In this document: positions 18,680 to 29,600 of the stretch, in pieces
How positions within the stretch are numbered: the stretch's first letter is position 1
Layout: each line of letters begins with the position of its first letter
From: a bacterium
Lineage (GTDB): Bacteria > Patescibacteriota > Minisyncoccia > Phycocordibacterales > JAKAEA01
Assembly (NCBI GenBank): GCA_021785065.1
Contig: JAJYGQ010000017.1
Coordinates: 925-64,924 of the forward strand
Direction of reading: 5' to 3'
Length of the DNA stretch: 64,000 nucleotides
Program-made: the position numbers and the translations under genes
Notes under the pieces: generated by a model
Database searches by the model: none
Told to the model about the DNA's origin: nothing
What the model saw: only the letters and a program-made list of their open reading frames with translations

Positions 18680-19179
18680 GTTGTAATGGCTGCCCGCTCT
18701 TCTTCAGAGAGCTCACGTTCAGATGTAAAGCGGCTAATTGGTTTTCCAAACACGCTGATGCGGTCGCGGGTGTAGAGGCTGGTAATAACAATACCATCAC
18801 CTTGCTCATTTAAAAATGCCGCACTAAAACTATTGTTGCCACCGTCGCCCGTTCCTTTGAAGGGATTATACCGAACGGTGCCAATACTCTGTACACTGTT
18901 TTTTAACCGCTGCTCTACGGTAGTCAGATACTGTCGCATGTCAGTAGTAAATTTTTTAAGCTCGGCGAGATCGGCGGTGGCAGCAACTAAAGCTTCTTCA
19001 ATAGAGGTAATTGGTGTCTTCATATCGTGTTGAAATACATTGCCAATGGCGAGGAGGCGGTTGACTCGTCGATAGAGCCAACCGAGGCGAAGTAGAATAG
19101 CAATGAGTAGAAGGCTAATAACGATAGCGGCGACGGTGAATATGTGTTGACTTATTGTGGTAAAAAAAGCGTTAAACAT
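18652..19179 (-). CDS. Hypothetical membrane-anchored protein (DUF4446-like)
   Basis: N-terminal TM helix (IFTVAAIVISLLLIAILL). RYNPFKGTGDGGNNSFSAAFLNEQGDGIVITSLYTRDRISVFGKPI resembles the DUF4446 core (NPF..GG.QSF..ALLD..GNG.V.T). It lies immediately upstream of infB and overlaps its start by 28 nt. Confidence 0.4.
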   Translation of the reverse strand: MFNAFFTTISQHIFTVAAIVISLLLIAILLRLGWLYRRVNRLLAIGNVFQHDMKTPITSIEEALVAATADLAELKKFTTDMRQYLTTVEQRLKNSVQSIGTVRYNPFKGTGDGGNNSFSAAFLNEQGDGIVITSLYTRDRISVFGKPISRFTSERELSEEERAAITTCQQKIIQK

Positions 19180-19311
19180 AGTGAAAAAGTGGCGAAGGTG
19201 TAAGGAAAATAAAATTCCTTTAAAAAACTTCTAAAATCTTTATGAACCGCCAGTACCATATAATATAGTACACAAACGCATCTTTAGCAAAAATGCGGTA
19301 CCATAGAGCGT

Positions 19312-20544
19312 ATGAAGCGATCCAGAAGAATTTATCTTGATTATGCTGCTGCTACGCCGCTCGATAAGCGGGTGGCAAATGCTATGCGTCCTTATGCGTC
19401 GGATATTTTTGCCAATCCGTCATCTATTCATGAGGAGGGTGTGGTTGCGCGTCGAGTCGTAGATGCCGCGCGGACAAGTATTGCTCGATTGCTCAATATC
19501 CGTTCCGAAGAAATTATTTTTACGGCGAGTGGCACTGAAGCAGATAATTTGGCCATTCTCGGGGTGATACAAAAAGCGCGTGAGAAGGGTGTCGCTACGC
19601 CGCACATTATTACTACGGTAATTGAGCACCCGGCTGTTTTTGAAGCGTGTCACGCGGCCGAGCAATGGGGGATACGCGTTACCTATTTGCCCGTTAATAC
19701 TGCTGGCGTTGTTGACCCTCAAGCAATTGCTCGGGCGCTTACGCCGGAAACGGTGTTGGTGTCGGTGCAATTAGCTAATAGCGAAATTGGCATTATCCAA
19801 TCTCTCCATAGTATTGCTACGGTGATCGCGGAATATAAAAAAAGCAGCGGCAATAACAATCACGCTCTTGGTGATCTTGGATATCCCTATTTCCATACCG
19901 ATGCGAGTCAGGCCCCTAATTATCTTGATGTTTCTTTTCAAAAATACGGCGTCGATATGATGACGCTTGATGCGGCAAAAATCTACGGTCCAAAGGGTAT
20001 TGGCTTGTTGGCAGTAAAACACCAAGTAGCGTTGGCGCCGCGCACGCTTGGTGGCGGGCAGGAGCGAGGATTGCGAGCGGGTACGGAAAACGTGCCGGCG
20101 ATCATTGGTTTCGCTGCTGCGTTATCGCTTGCGACAAAGTTGCGTGAAAGGGAGTATACTCGCTTAAGCGCTTTGCAAAAATATTTTATATACACTCTGA
20201 AAGAAACTTGGCCCGAAAACGTAATTATATTTAGTGATGATTGTCAGAAATATTTACCAAATAGTGTTACTATATGTGTTAGGAGTGGGGAAGAAGCAGA
20301 GCTTATGGTGGTGCGTCTGGATGCTTTGGGTATTGCCTGTTCCGCCGGTAGCGCTTGCACCAATCTCTCTACCGCCGCGTACTCGTATGTAATTGAGGCG
20401 CTTGATACTGCGGCGGCTACCGATTCTTCCCATCAGCCCGCTTGGCGAGATTGTAAAAGTTCCTCAATTCGCTTTAGTTTTGGCCGAAGAACCACCAAGA
20501 AAGACCTTGATTTGACATTAAGAGCTTTACGTTCTATAATTTAA
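19312..20544 (+). CDS. Cysteine desulfurase (NifS/IscS-like, class V aminotransferase fold)
   Basis: IYLDYAAATPLDKRVANAMRPY, the PLP lysine region (MTLDAAKIYGPKGIG) and the C-terminal active-site Cys loop (ACSAGSACTN). Confidence 0.85.
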   Translation: MKRSRRIYLDYAAATPLDKRVANAMRPYASDIFANPSSIHEEGVVARRVVDAARTSIARLLNIRSEEIIFTASGTEADNLAILGVIQKAREKGVATPHIITTVIEHPAVFEACHAAEQWGIRVTYLPVNTAGVVDPQAIARALTPETVLVSVQLANSEIGIIQSLHSIATVIAEYKKSSGNNNHALGDLGYPYFHTDASQAPNYLDVSFQKYGVDMMTLDAAKIYGPKGIGLLAVKHQVALAPRTLGGGQERGLRAGTENVPAIIGFAAALSLATKLREREYTRLSALQKYFIYTLKETWPENVIIFSDDCQKYLPNSVTICVRSGEEAELMVVRLDALGIACSAGSACTNLSTAAYSYVIEALDTAAATDSSHQPAWRDCKSSSIRFSFGRRTTKKDLDLTLRALRSII

Positions 20545-20559
20545 ATTCTACTAAAAAGT

Positions 20560-23313
20560 ATGCCACCACTTAATCATTTCACTACTAAAGCAAAAGAGGC
20601 TATTCGCAAAGCTCATGAGCTGGCCATTGAACGTGGCCAAAACCACGTTAATCCGCTCCATCTATTGGCTGCCCTTATCTTGCAAGAAGAAAGCATGGTA
20701 AATGCTATTCTCGATAAGTTGGAGATTGATACGATTTTATTAACCGATTCGTTGATGGAATCTATTGAGGGGCCAGAAAGCGGCTCGACCCTCAATCCTT
20801 CATATCAAATTTATTTAACGCCAGATTTAGCTCAAGTCATTTCTGATTCAGAGCGCGTGGCCAAATCGCTCAACGATGAATTCATTTCTACTGAGCATAT
20901 GTTTGTTGCCGTTCTTGATGTTGCGGGCGCGGCGCGCGATCTCCTCGCTCGTTTTCGAATTTCTCGCGAGGCGGTGATAAAGGTGCTTGAAGAATTGCGC
21001 GCGAATAAAGTTACTGACGTGCACGCTCCTAAAAAGCCGAAAGCTCTGGCACGCTACACGCGCTCGCTTACTAAGATGGCTGCTGAAAATAAGCTTGATC
21101 CGGTCATTGGTCGCGATAATGAAATTACCCGCATCATCCAAATTCTCTCGCGCCGCACTAAAAATAATCCTATTTTAATTGGTGAGGCTGGGGTTGGTAA
21201 AACGGCTATTGCCGAAGGGTTGGCATTACGAATGGCTCAAGGTGATGTGCCCGAGTCGCTTAAAGATAAAGAGCTTGTGTCGCTCGATCTTGGTTCATTG
21301 GTGGCCGGTACAAAGTACCGCGGTGAATTTGAAGAGCGTTTAAAAAATATTTTAAAGGAAATCGAACGCTCGGCGGGCAAGGTTATTTTGTTTATCGATG
21401 AAATTCATACCATTGTGGGCGCGGGTGGTGCCGAGGGCGCGCTCGATGCCTCTAACATGTTAAAACCCGCTCTGGCTCGCGGTGAACTTCGAGCGATCGG
21501 AGCAACAACCATTAAAGAATATCAAAAGCATATTGAGAAAGATCTTGCCCTCACGCGTCGTTTCCAGCCAGTGCACGTGAACGAGCCGTCGCTTGAGGAC
21601 ACCATTGCTATTTTGCGTGGCTTGAAGGAAAAATATGAACTTTACCACGGCGTACGCATTACCGATGACGCTATCGTGGCGGCTGCTAATCTTTCATCGC
21701 GCTATATCACTGATCGCTATTTGCCCGACAAGGCCGTGGATCTTATCGACGAGTCCGCTTCTTTTTTGAAAATAACTCTCGAAGATATGCCGCCAGTTTT
21801 GCAGGAGACCCACGCCAAAATTATGCGTTTAGAAATCGAGCGTGAGGCGTTGAAAAAGGAAACCGGCAAAACCGCTAAAGAGCGAGTAAAAACCATTGAT
21901 CAAGAGATTGCTAATCTAAAAGAGCAAACGGCCGAAATAGAGCTGAAGTGGAAAAATGAAAAGGAAACACTCGGCGAAATTAAGAGAATTAAAAAAGAGC
22001 TTGAGACGTCTCGTCTTGAAGCGGAAAATGCCGAGGCGCACGCCGACCTCACCAAGGCCGCGGAAATTCGCTATGGCAAAATTCCTCAGCTTGAGAAAAA
22101 TATGGATACGAAATTGAAGCGTCTCAAGAAGTTGCAAAGCTCGCGTCGCATTCTCAAAGAGGAAATCACTCAGGAAGATGTGGCTGATGTAGTGTCGCGC
22201 TGGACGGGTATCCCGGTAACGCGCATGCTTGAAGGTGAAGCAGAAAAACTCAGTCGCATGGAAGAAGAACTTAAAAAGCGTATTGTTGGGCAAGACGATG
22301 CGGTACGTAAAATTGCCGACACGGTGAAACGTTCGCGCGCTGGCATCAGTGATCCCAATCGTCCTATCGGCTCATTTATTTTCTTGGGGCCAACAGGTGT
22401 GGGTAAAACCGAGCTCACCAAAGCGCTCGCTGAATTTATGTTTGATGATGAGAAGGCACTCATTCGCTTGGATATGTCGGAATTTATGGAAAAACACTCG
22501 GTGTCGAAACTAATTGGCGCGCCGGCCGGCTATGTTGGCTATGAAGAAGGCGGTAATTTTACTGAGCTCATTCGCCATCGTCCGTATTCTGTTATTTTGC
22601 TTGATGAAATAGAGAAAGCGCACCCGGAAGTGTTCAATGTATTACTGCAAGTATTAGATAATGGGCAGCTTACCGATGCCAAGGGGCGCCGGGTAAATTT
22701 TCGCAATACTATTATCATTATGACCTCAAACCTCGGAGCAAATTATATCGACAAAATGCAAAAGTTTGGTTTTGGCACTCTTGATCGAAACGCGGCTGGC
22801 AAAAAGCAAGAATCTTTTGTTGCGGACCGTGCTGATTACGAGCAAATTAAAGATCGGGTGATGGAATCGTTGCGTGAGTTTTTCCGCCCAGAATTTCTCA
22901 ATCGTATCGACGACACAATTATTTTTGACATTTTGAATCGCGAGGCGATTCGCAAAATTGTTGAGATCCAAGTTAACCTCGTGAAAGAGCGACTAGCCGC
23001 TAAAGAAATTACGCTCGATATTGTGCCAGAAGTATATGATTATCTTGCTCGCGAAGGGTACAATCCGCAATACGGTGCTCGCCCACTCAAGCGTCTCATT
23101 CAAAATAAAATTTTAACGCCGGTGGCTTCATTTATGATTTCTAAGGGGGTGATGCGCGGCGGGTCAGTTAAAATTAGTCTCAAAGACCCCACTTCTCAAG
23201 ATGGATCCGATTTTGTTTTTGATGTGAAGAAGGGAAGACGAGGTAGCTTATTGCGAGAAAGTCTTATCGATACCACCTTGTCGACGATTACGCCGGAAAG
23301 CGTAAAAAAATAA
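20560..23313 (+). CDS. clpB: ATP-dependent chaperone ClpB
   Basis: Clp N-domain, two AAA+ modules ([15 protein letters not shown], Walker [10 protein letters not shown]; second [15 protein letters not shown]), and a long coiled-coil middle domain specific to ClpB. 917 aa. Confidence 0.9.
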   Translation: MPPLNHFTTKAKEAIRKAHELAIERGQNHVNPLHLLAALILQEESMVNAILDKLEIDTILLTDSLMESIEGPESGSTLNPSYQIYLTPDLAQVISDSERVAKSLNDEFISTEHMFVAVLDVAGAARDLLARFRISREAVIKVLEELRANKVTDVHAPKKPKALARYTRSLTKMAAENKLDPVIGRDNEITRIIQILSRRTKNNPILIGEAGVGKTAIAEGLALRMAQGDVPESLKDKELVSLDLGSLVAGTKYRGEFEERLKNILKEIERSAGKVILFIDEIHTIVGAGGAEGALDASNMLKPALARGELRAIGATTIKEYQKHIEKDLALTRRFQPVHVNEPSLEDTIAILRGLKEKYELYHGVRITDDAIVAAANLSSRYITDRYLPDKAVDLIDESASFLKITLEDMPPVLQETHAKIMRLEIEREALKKETGKTAKERVKTIDQEIANLKEQTAEIELKWKNEKETLGEIKRIKKELETSRLEAENAEAHADLTKAAEIRYGKIPQLEKNMDTKLKRLKKLQSSRRILKEEITQEDVADVVSRWTGIPVTRMLEGEAEKLSRMEEELKKRIVGQDDAVRKIADTVKRSRAGISDPNRPIGSFIFLGPTGVGKTELTKALAEFMFDDEKALIRLDMSEFMEKHSVSKLIGAPAGYVGYEEGGNFTELIRHRPYSVILLDEIEKAHPEVFNVLLQVLDNGQLTDAKGRRVNFRNTIIIMTSNLGANYIDKMQKFGFGTLDRNAAGKKQESFVADRADYEQIKDRVMESLREFFRPEFLNRIDDTIIFDILNREAIRKIVEIQVNLVKERLAAKEITLDIVPEVYDYLAREGYNPQYGARPLKRLIQNKILTPVASFMISKGVMRGGSVKISLKDPTSQDGSDFVFDVKKGRRGSLLRESLIDTTLSTITPESVKK

Positions 23314-23329
23314 AATTACTACACGCAAT

Positions 23330-23878
23330 TTATTGTGTGTTGGCGGCTCGAGCAACTGAAGCTACGGTGGTGGCGAGGGCAGCTCCTGAAGATAGATCAG
23401 CGGTATCTAGTGTGGGGTTCCAGAAAATATATTCAATATCGTGTTTCGCTGAGCGCCACGGGTGCTCGATGGGGCAGCCGGTCTTTTCGCTATTGCTGAT
23501 AGCGGTGTCGTGACCGATATAAAAACCGATGTGGCCGTGCATTTCGCCGCCGCCGAAATCAACTTTTTTCCACACAATGACACTGCCGACGGGCGGCTCG
23601 CTTTCTCCCGGTATCTCATGCCAGCCACTTTCTTGAAGATCTTTGATAGTGGAACCGACAGTGGCGTGCGATTTTTTTATTAATGCCAGGGCAGCGAGTA
23701 CCGAGGAAACAAAATAGGCGCAGGAAAGCTGGCCATCGCGGCCAACGTCAGTTTTAACACCGTCAACGAGAGCGTAAAAGTTGCGATACATTCGCGTACC
23801 GACGCTATTTTTTATAACGGCCAGGTAACTGTCGCGTAAGAGGAATTTGATTGAAGGCTGTTTTTGCATTCTATTCAT
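23330..23878 (-). CDS. Hypothetical protein, possibly a papain-like NlpC/P60-CHAP superfamily hydrolase
   Basis: The track ORF runs to 24028 but overlaps tRNA-Tyr; I trimmed it to the internal ATG at 23878 (MNRMQKQ). A candidate catalytic Cys (LSCAYFVSSVL) and His (GHIGFYIGHDTAIS) are arranged as in NlpC/P60 and CHAP. No signal peptide. Confidence 0.35.
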   Translation of the reverse strand: MNRMQKQPSIKFLLRDSYLAVIKNSVGTRMYRNFYALVDGVKTDVGRDGQLSCAYFVSSVLAALALIKKSHATVGSTIKDLQESGWHEIPGESEPPVGSVIVWKKVDFGGGEMHGHIGFYIGHDTAISNSEKTGCPIEHPWRSAKHDIEYIFWNPTLDTADLSSGAALATTVASVARAANTQ

Positions 23879-23893
23879 TATACTACGTTTGGG

Positions 23894-23977
23894 TGCGCAG
23901 GGAGGGATTTGAACCCCCGTAGCCCGTAGGGCGCCTGATTTACAGTCAGGTGCAATTGACCACTCTGCCACCTGCGC
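23894..23977 (-). tRNA. tRNA-Tyr (anticodon GTA)
   Basis: Reverse complement gcgcaggtggcagagtggtcaattgcacctgactgtaaatcaggcgccctacgggctacgggggttcaaatccctccctgcgca. The anticodon arm cctga-ctGTAaa-tcagg gives GTA, with a long variable arm and an intact acceptor gcgcagg/cctgcgc plus A and CC. Confidence 0.9.
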
Positions 23978-24043
23978 GTTTATACCTACACAAGCTTGTA
24001 TTCTAGTCGCAAAAGCAGTTATAATCAAGTCTATTAAAATTCG

Positions 24044-24919
24044 ATGACCTACTGCTGGCTCAATGGAAAAATTTTACCCACCGAAGAGGCGAGCGTGAAC
24101 GTGCTCGATATTGGTCTTATGCGTGGCTACGCGATTTATGAAGCGTTGACCACGTACGGTGGCAAGCCCTTTATGTTGGCTGATCATTTGCGACGATTTC
24201 GCGCATCGGCCGAGGCGATGCGTCTTGTGGTGCCCGCGAACGATACTGAAATCATCACTGCTATCGCCGAGCTCATCAAGCGCAATGGTTTTAAAGAGAC
24301 GAATGTAAAATTTGTGCTCACGGGCGGCAAAACTATTGCTGGCATAGAATACGATAGTACTAAACCGGTTTTTTATATTCTCGCCGAAGAATTTGTGCCG
24401 GTGCCGGCGAGCGTGGTCACGCAAGGCTGCAAACTTATTACTCACGAGTTTCAGCGTCAGTATCCGGGCTACAAAACCGCCAATTATATTACCGGTGTGA
24501 TGATACAGCCGGCCCGCAAAGCCGCCGGTGCGCTCGAAGTGCTGTTTACCTGGCATGGCAAAATTTCAGAATGTGCCACGAGCAATTTCTTTATCGTGAA
24601 GAGTGGCACTCTCATAACGCCGGTCCACGACATTTTGTTTGGCATTACCCGCAAGGTCGTGTTGGATTTAGCCCGGAAAAATGGCATAGCGGTGGAAGAG
24701 CGAGATGTGGCCGTAGATGAATTGGCAACTGCTGATGAAGCGCTCATCAGTTCGAGCTTTAAAGAGGTGGTGCCGGTGGTGAAGATTGATGAAAAAACTA
24801 TTGGCGATGGCCGGGTTGGACCAGTTGCTAAGAAATTGGTAACTCTTTTTCGAGATTTTTCTCATGGTGGCGCTCTTGCTTCGGATCTCAAGGTTCCAGC
24901 GGCTGCCGTTACCTCATAA
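24044..24919 (+). CDS. Class IV aminotransferase (branched-chain or D-amino-acid aminotransferase family)
   Basis: WLNGKILPTEEASVNVLDIGLMRGYAIYEALTTYGGKPFMLADHLRRFRASA fits the fold-type IV PLP enzyme N-terminal signature. Confidence 0.75.
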   Translation: MTYCWLNGKILPTEEASVNVLDIGLMRGYAIYEALTTYGGKPFMLADHLRRFRASAEAMRLVVPANDTEIITAIAELIKRNGFKETNVKFVLTGGKTIAGIEYDSTKPVFYILAEEFVPVPASVVTQGCKLITHEFQRQYPGYKTANYITGVMIQPARKAAGALEVLFTWHGKISECATSNFFIVKSGTLITPVHDILFGITRKVVLDLARKNGIAVEERDVAVDELATADEALISSSFKEVVPVVKIDEKTIGDGRVGPVAKKLVTLFRDFSHGGALASDLKVPAAAVTS

Positions 24920-24974
24920 CTTGCTTTTTTCGCTCAAATATAGTATTTTTTTCTAACAATCAAATTTTACACGT

Positions 24975-25133
24975 ATGTCCCAAGACCGACTCATAAAACT
25001 TGCCTGCCAAACCTGCAAACGCATCAACTACTGGAGCAGCAAAAATAAGCGCAAAGTAGAGCGCAAAATCGAGCTCAAAAAGTACTGTGCCTGGTGCCGC
25101 AAAAAGACCACCCACAAGGAGACGAAGAAATAG
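24975..25133 (+). CDS. rpmG: 50S ribosomal protein L33
   Basis: A 52-aa ORF below the track cutoff. MSQDRLIKLACQTCKRINYWSSKNKRKVERKIELKKYCAWCRKKTTHKETKK has two CxxC pairs and the LELKKYC..C.KHT.HKE pattern of L33. Confidence 0.8.
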   Translation: MSQDRLIKLACQTCKRINYWSSKNKRKVERKIELKKYCAWCRKKTTHKETKK

Positions 25134-25145
25134 TCGATTGTATTC

Positions 25146-26351
25146 TTGGCCGCGGCGTTCTATGATGCCGCTATGGAGCCGCTCGCTTCTAAAATTAGAC
25201 CCGCCAAGCTAGCCGACTTTGTCGGTCAGGAACATTTAGTAGGAAAGGGCAAACCGCTGGCGCTTGCTATTACCGAGCAGCATCTTTTTTCTTTTATTTT
25301 GTGGGGGCCGCCAGGGACAGGGAAGACGACGTTGGCACGGATCTACGCCAATGCGCTTGATGCTCATCTCTACGAACTTTCAGCAGTGTCGGCGGGTAAG
25401 GAGGATGTGCGGACCATTGTCGAAGACCGTAGTATTTTGGATCAGCGGCCAAAAGTTCTTTTTCTCGACGAAATTCATCGTTTTAATAAAGCTCAGCAGG
25501 ATTTTCTTTTACCGTACGTGGAGAGCGGACGGCTCACGCTGGTTGGCGCGACCACTGAGAATCCAAGCTTCGAAGTTATTCCCGCGCTTCTCTCGCGCTG
25601 TCGCGTTTTCGTGCTCAATGAATTTTCGGAGGCGGAGATGGAGAAAATTATCACCCGTGCCGCGAAAAATTTAAAAGTGAAAATCGACAAGGCCGCGCGC
25701 GACTGGCTTGCCGGTATGGCTAACGGCGATGCTCGCCAAGCTATCACCGTTTTGGAAAACGCTCACCAGCTCTACGGCGCGACACTTTCTCTTGAAGCGC
25801 TCAAAGAAACCATTCAGAGTAAATTTTTACGTTTCGATAAAAAGGGTGAAGAACACTACAACGTGATCAGTGCGTTTATAAAAAGTATGCGGGCGAGCGA
25901 CGCCGATGCCGCGCTCTATTATCTCGCTCGCATGCTCGACGCCGGCGAAGATCCGAAATTTATCGCTCGGCGGATGGTGGTGTTTGCTTCGGAAGATATC
26001 GGCTTAGCTCAGCCCACGGCGCTCGTGGTGGCTAACGACGTATTTCGCGCGGTGGAAACTATCGGCTTGCCCGAGTGCGCTATTAATCTTGCCCATGGTG
26101 TCTCATATCTGGCTGGCGCGCCAAAAGATCGCCGCTCTTATGATGCCCTGCAAGCCGCCCAAGCTGACGTTAAAAAGTATGGCAACTTGCCGGTGCCGCT
26201 GCGCTTACACAACGCACCCACTAAGCTTATGGAGGAGCTTGGCTACCACGCGGGTTACGAGAAATACAGCGCGGAAAGCTACTTACCCGAAAAACTCGCC
26301 GCACTCGGCACAAAATATCTCAAGCGCGACAAAAAGAAAAACGAAAAATAA
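25146..26351 (+). CDS. rarA: Replication-associated recombination protein A (RarA/MgsA AAA+ ATPase)
   Basis: SKIRPAKLADFVGQEHLVGKGKPL, Walker A LWGPPGTGKTTLARI, Walker B VLFLDEIHRFNKAQQD and the C-terminal MgsA helical domain. Confidence 0.85.
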   Translation: MAAAFYDAAMEPLASKIRPAKLADFVGQEHLVGKGKPLALAITEQHLFSFILWGPPGTGKTTLARIYANALDAHLYELSAVSAGKEDVRTIVEDRSILDQRPKVLFLDEIHRFNKAQQDFLLPYVESGRLTLVGATTENPSFEVIPALLSRCRVFVLNEFSEAEMEKIITRAAKNLKVKIDKAARDWLAGMANGDARQAITVLENAHQLYGATLSLEALKETIQSKFLRFDKKGEEHYNVISAFIKSMRASDADAALYYLARMLDAGEDPKFIARRMVVFASEDIGLAQPTALVVANDVFRAVETIGLPECAINLAHGVSYLAGAPKDRRSYDALQAAQADVKKYGNLPVPLRLHNAPTKLMEELGYHAGYEKYSAESYLPEKLAALGTKYLKRDKKKNEK

Positions 26352-26406
26352 AAAAGCAAGTTTTTCAAAACCGCCCTTCTCTGGTACTATGAATTCTGTT
26401 CAGTCT

Positions 26407-26478
26407 GGGCCTATAGTTTCAATGGTAAAACAGCGGTCTCCAAAACCGTAGTTCCCCGTTCGAGTCGGGGTGGGCCCG
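26407..26478 (+). tRNA. tRNA-Trp (anticodon CCA)
   Basis: gggcctatagtttcaatggtaaaacagcggtctccaaaaccgtagttccccgttcgagtcggggtgggcccg. The anticodon arm cggtc-tCCAaaa-ccg gives CCA; the T-arm is ccccg-ttcgagt-cgggg. Confidence 0.9.
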
Positions 26479-26560
26479 CAGCGAGGCGTTACTAGAAAGC
26501 GGCTGGAACCGCATTTACCGTGATATACTCTTATAATAAGATTTATTCACATATTACCAC

Positions 26561-26605
26561 ACTGTTCCAGACAGCCCGCCAGCTCGTGCGTAGCACGAAA
26601 GGTGT
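26561..26605 (+). repeat. Direct repeat copy 1 (45 nt) with hairpin core ctcgtgc-gtag-cacgaaa; upstream of the SNF2-MTase gene
   Basis: actgttccagacagcccgccagctcgtgcgtagcacgaaaggtgt matches 31376..31420 at about 37 of 45 positions. The 32-nt core gcccgcca.ctcgtgcgtagcacgaaagg.gt has two mismatches. Confidence 0.6.
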
Positions 26606-26684
26606 CAAGCCAATGACTTTTTAACTCTGGATAGACTGATAGCGGGTTACGCAGACCAGGGCCTGTATGTGTATAATGTAAAAT

Positions 26685-29600
26685 ATGGAATCTCCAGAAA
26701 AACCTTCTTCAGCAGATAATCTAAAAGATGAAGTATCCCAGGTTGAACAAGACAAGGAGATAGATAAAAAAAGTCTGGAACTTTCTCCTACGAGTGGGCA
26801 ACTAATTGGTAAGGAAGTTATAAAGCATGAATATGCCCGCGCAGATTGGAAAAACAGGCGAGAATTGTCGGATACTTTTCGTACGGGGACCGATGTGATT
26901 GATAGATTAGTGCAGGAGTATTTGGACCTGCATCCTGAGGCGAAATCAGAGGACATCGAAACAGCTAAGAAAAAAGAAACTGGCTTTGTTACTGTCTACT
27001 ATTCTCCCAAGGTGCAATCGTATCTTGAGGAAAAGTTACGAGTATCGTTGCCACCTAGTAACTGGGTACCATTCCCAATTCTTGTTGAAAAGCTGGGTAT
27101 TTCTGCTCCTACTGTTGTCAAATTAGTGAATGCTTATTCTAAAGATTTTCCGAAGATTGCTCAGACAGAAACCGGTACATACAAAGAAGAGAAGGGGCAT
27201 AGGCGGTTATTTTATTCACCTCTATTTGCTGAGTTGCTAAAAAAAGAGTTTGATAAATACCCGGCCGCACCTCAGAATTGGAAGACCCAGATGCAAATGG
27301 CCTCTGAAGAGGGTGTTGATTTCGCACGCCTAGATAAATTTTTAAAAGAGTATTCCATGCAACATTCCCAGGAAGAACATAAGGGTATGTTTCGAAATGG
27401 GCGCAATCAAGTATATGAGCATTATTCACCGCAGGTAGCTGCGTATATACATCAAGAATTACAACGGTACGAAGACACCCCTGAAGGATGGATAAATAGA
27501 AACAAACTCGCTAAAAGACTCAATGTTGTCGATGCGACCGTCCAAAGAATTATCGATAGCTACCTAGCAACCCACCCTAATTCGAAGGATGTTAAAAAAG
27601 CAAAGAGTGATAGGGGGCTGGTTCTTAATGTTTTCTCGCCCGTTATCCAAGAATATGTCGCGGCTACACTGGCTGCTTCTTTAGAAAGTCGCAATAAAGA
27701 GAAAGAACCAGAACCTTCCGCGCCAGAAGACTGGAAGATGGTCAGTGATATTGCAAGTGAGTTAAAAGTAAGCAGAGACATAGTAACAAAAACCATCAAA
27801 GAATATTTTCAGACTCATTCTGAGGAAGGTAGTAAGAAAAAATATCCTGCGACAACTTCTTGGAAGACAGGAAGTATTGTTACTAGACCCGTTGTTCATT
27901 ATTCACCAGCTGTTGTTGATTATTGTCGAACGGTAATTGAAGGCTTAAAAAGCAATATGGCTCAAGAAGGATGGTTAACAGTAAGCGATCTTCAGGAAGT
28001 TCTCGGAATATCGTGGACGACTATAAATTCGTTAATAAAAAAATACCAGACACAAAGCACGGACCCCCAGCTCCCTAAGAGACGTAGAAATCCAAGGGGA
28101 AAGATGTGGAAATATTATCCACCGGTAGTTGTAGAATGGTTAAAAAACGAGGTGGCAAAACATCCCCGTGCACCTAAAGACTGGAAAATTCTTGGCGAGC
28201 TCTCAGAGCAATTTAGTGTCTCCCAGGATACTCTCCGGCGTTTAGTCGAAAGACAGGCAGCGTTAAATCCTGACAGTGTCGTGATCAAAGAACTCAGGAA
28301 TGATCGAGGTGTTGTGTGCACCTTTTACTCACCAGAGACCATATTGCAACTCAAACAGTCTCTTGAACAGCATACTAAAGGGAAAAGTGAGCTTGAGAAC
28401 AAGTTAACAGGTCTCCTTGCAAACCCTGAAAAGGAGGAAGGTCGCAAATTCCGTGAAATGCTCGGACTCTTCGGTCCTTCTAACTTTCTAGATATACTCT
28501 ATGTCTTGCATCCAGAGTTTAGGGATCTTCCGGTAGACCATGTTAAGGGGAAATTAACAGAATATCTTGGTAACTACCTGTTAACTGCTATACCATTTTC
28601 AGTAGATGCTCTCGAGAAAAACCTACCGTCCTTAAAACAGGAAAACCTAAGACGCGGTCTTGCCGAGGTTATAAAGGGTGATTGTCTCAATTTTTATTTG
28701 CTTGAAAAAAAGCAATCGCCTCTTAGGGATGATCTTGAGATATTTCAATTGTATTTTGACGATTTAACTTCAAGGACAGCGAATAACCAAAACCTCGACC
28801 TCAATCAAGTAGTAGCAGAAGTCAGGGAATATTATCAATCAGTTACAGGTTCGTGGGTGAAACCGACAAGGATCATTGAATCCCTAAGCGCTGATAGGCC
28901 GTTCCCCGACATTTATCAGCAAATTAATCGGCAGGAAATCAAAGATAAGAAACGTCTTCTTATTGCTGACGAAATGGGGGTAGGTAAAAGCGCTTCCGTT
29001 ATTCTTGCTAAAGAATCATTGGGAGTAAAAACCGCTCTTGCTGTAGTTCCTAGTAATGTTGTTGCTACATGGGAAAAATATCTTTCTGATACTGTTGGTG
29101 ATGATGGTCGACAGCTAGGCTATTTTAAGCCCGGCCAAGCACCGAGGGTGCTTACTATACGTAGCTCTGACGATCTTATGCGTCTTAACGATGGCTATGA
29201 TTACATTCTTATTTCACAAGAACGTTTGAATGATGCGAACGCTGAGGAGCTTCAAAAACTTGATTACGGAATGCTTATTGTAGATGAAGTCCATAAACTT
29301 AAAAATGTTCGTGATGGTAAGCGAGCAAATCATCTACTAAACCTAGCCGAAAAAATAGAAGGAGATGATAAGTACTTAGTAATGCTTTCGGGTACACCTG
29401 TGCCAAATAAAGTTGAAGATGTTGCAATGCTGCTTAAACTTTTGCATCCCGACCGTTTTGCCCAGGAAGATAGTAAGCGTCTCGTAAGCGCCATTTTGAA
29501 TGGCAGTATTGTCAATATACGTTCTTTGCTCATACCGCACATGCAGATGAAAGGCTTGGCTGAACACGTAGAAATGCCAAACCTTACAGAGGCTACCATT

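Noticed and set aside
23879-24028. N-terminal 50 codons of track ORF 23330..24028
   Set aside because: The extension runs straight through tRNA-Tyr (23894-23977). I trimmed the gene to the internal ATG at 23878.
26089-26451. 120-aa plus ORF spanning the rarA 3' end and tRNA-Trp
   Set aside because: It overlaps a high-confidence tRNA and the rarA frame, and has no coding features.
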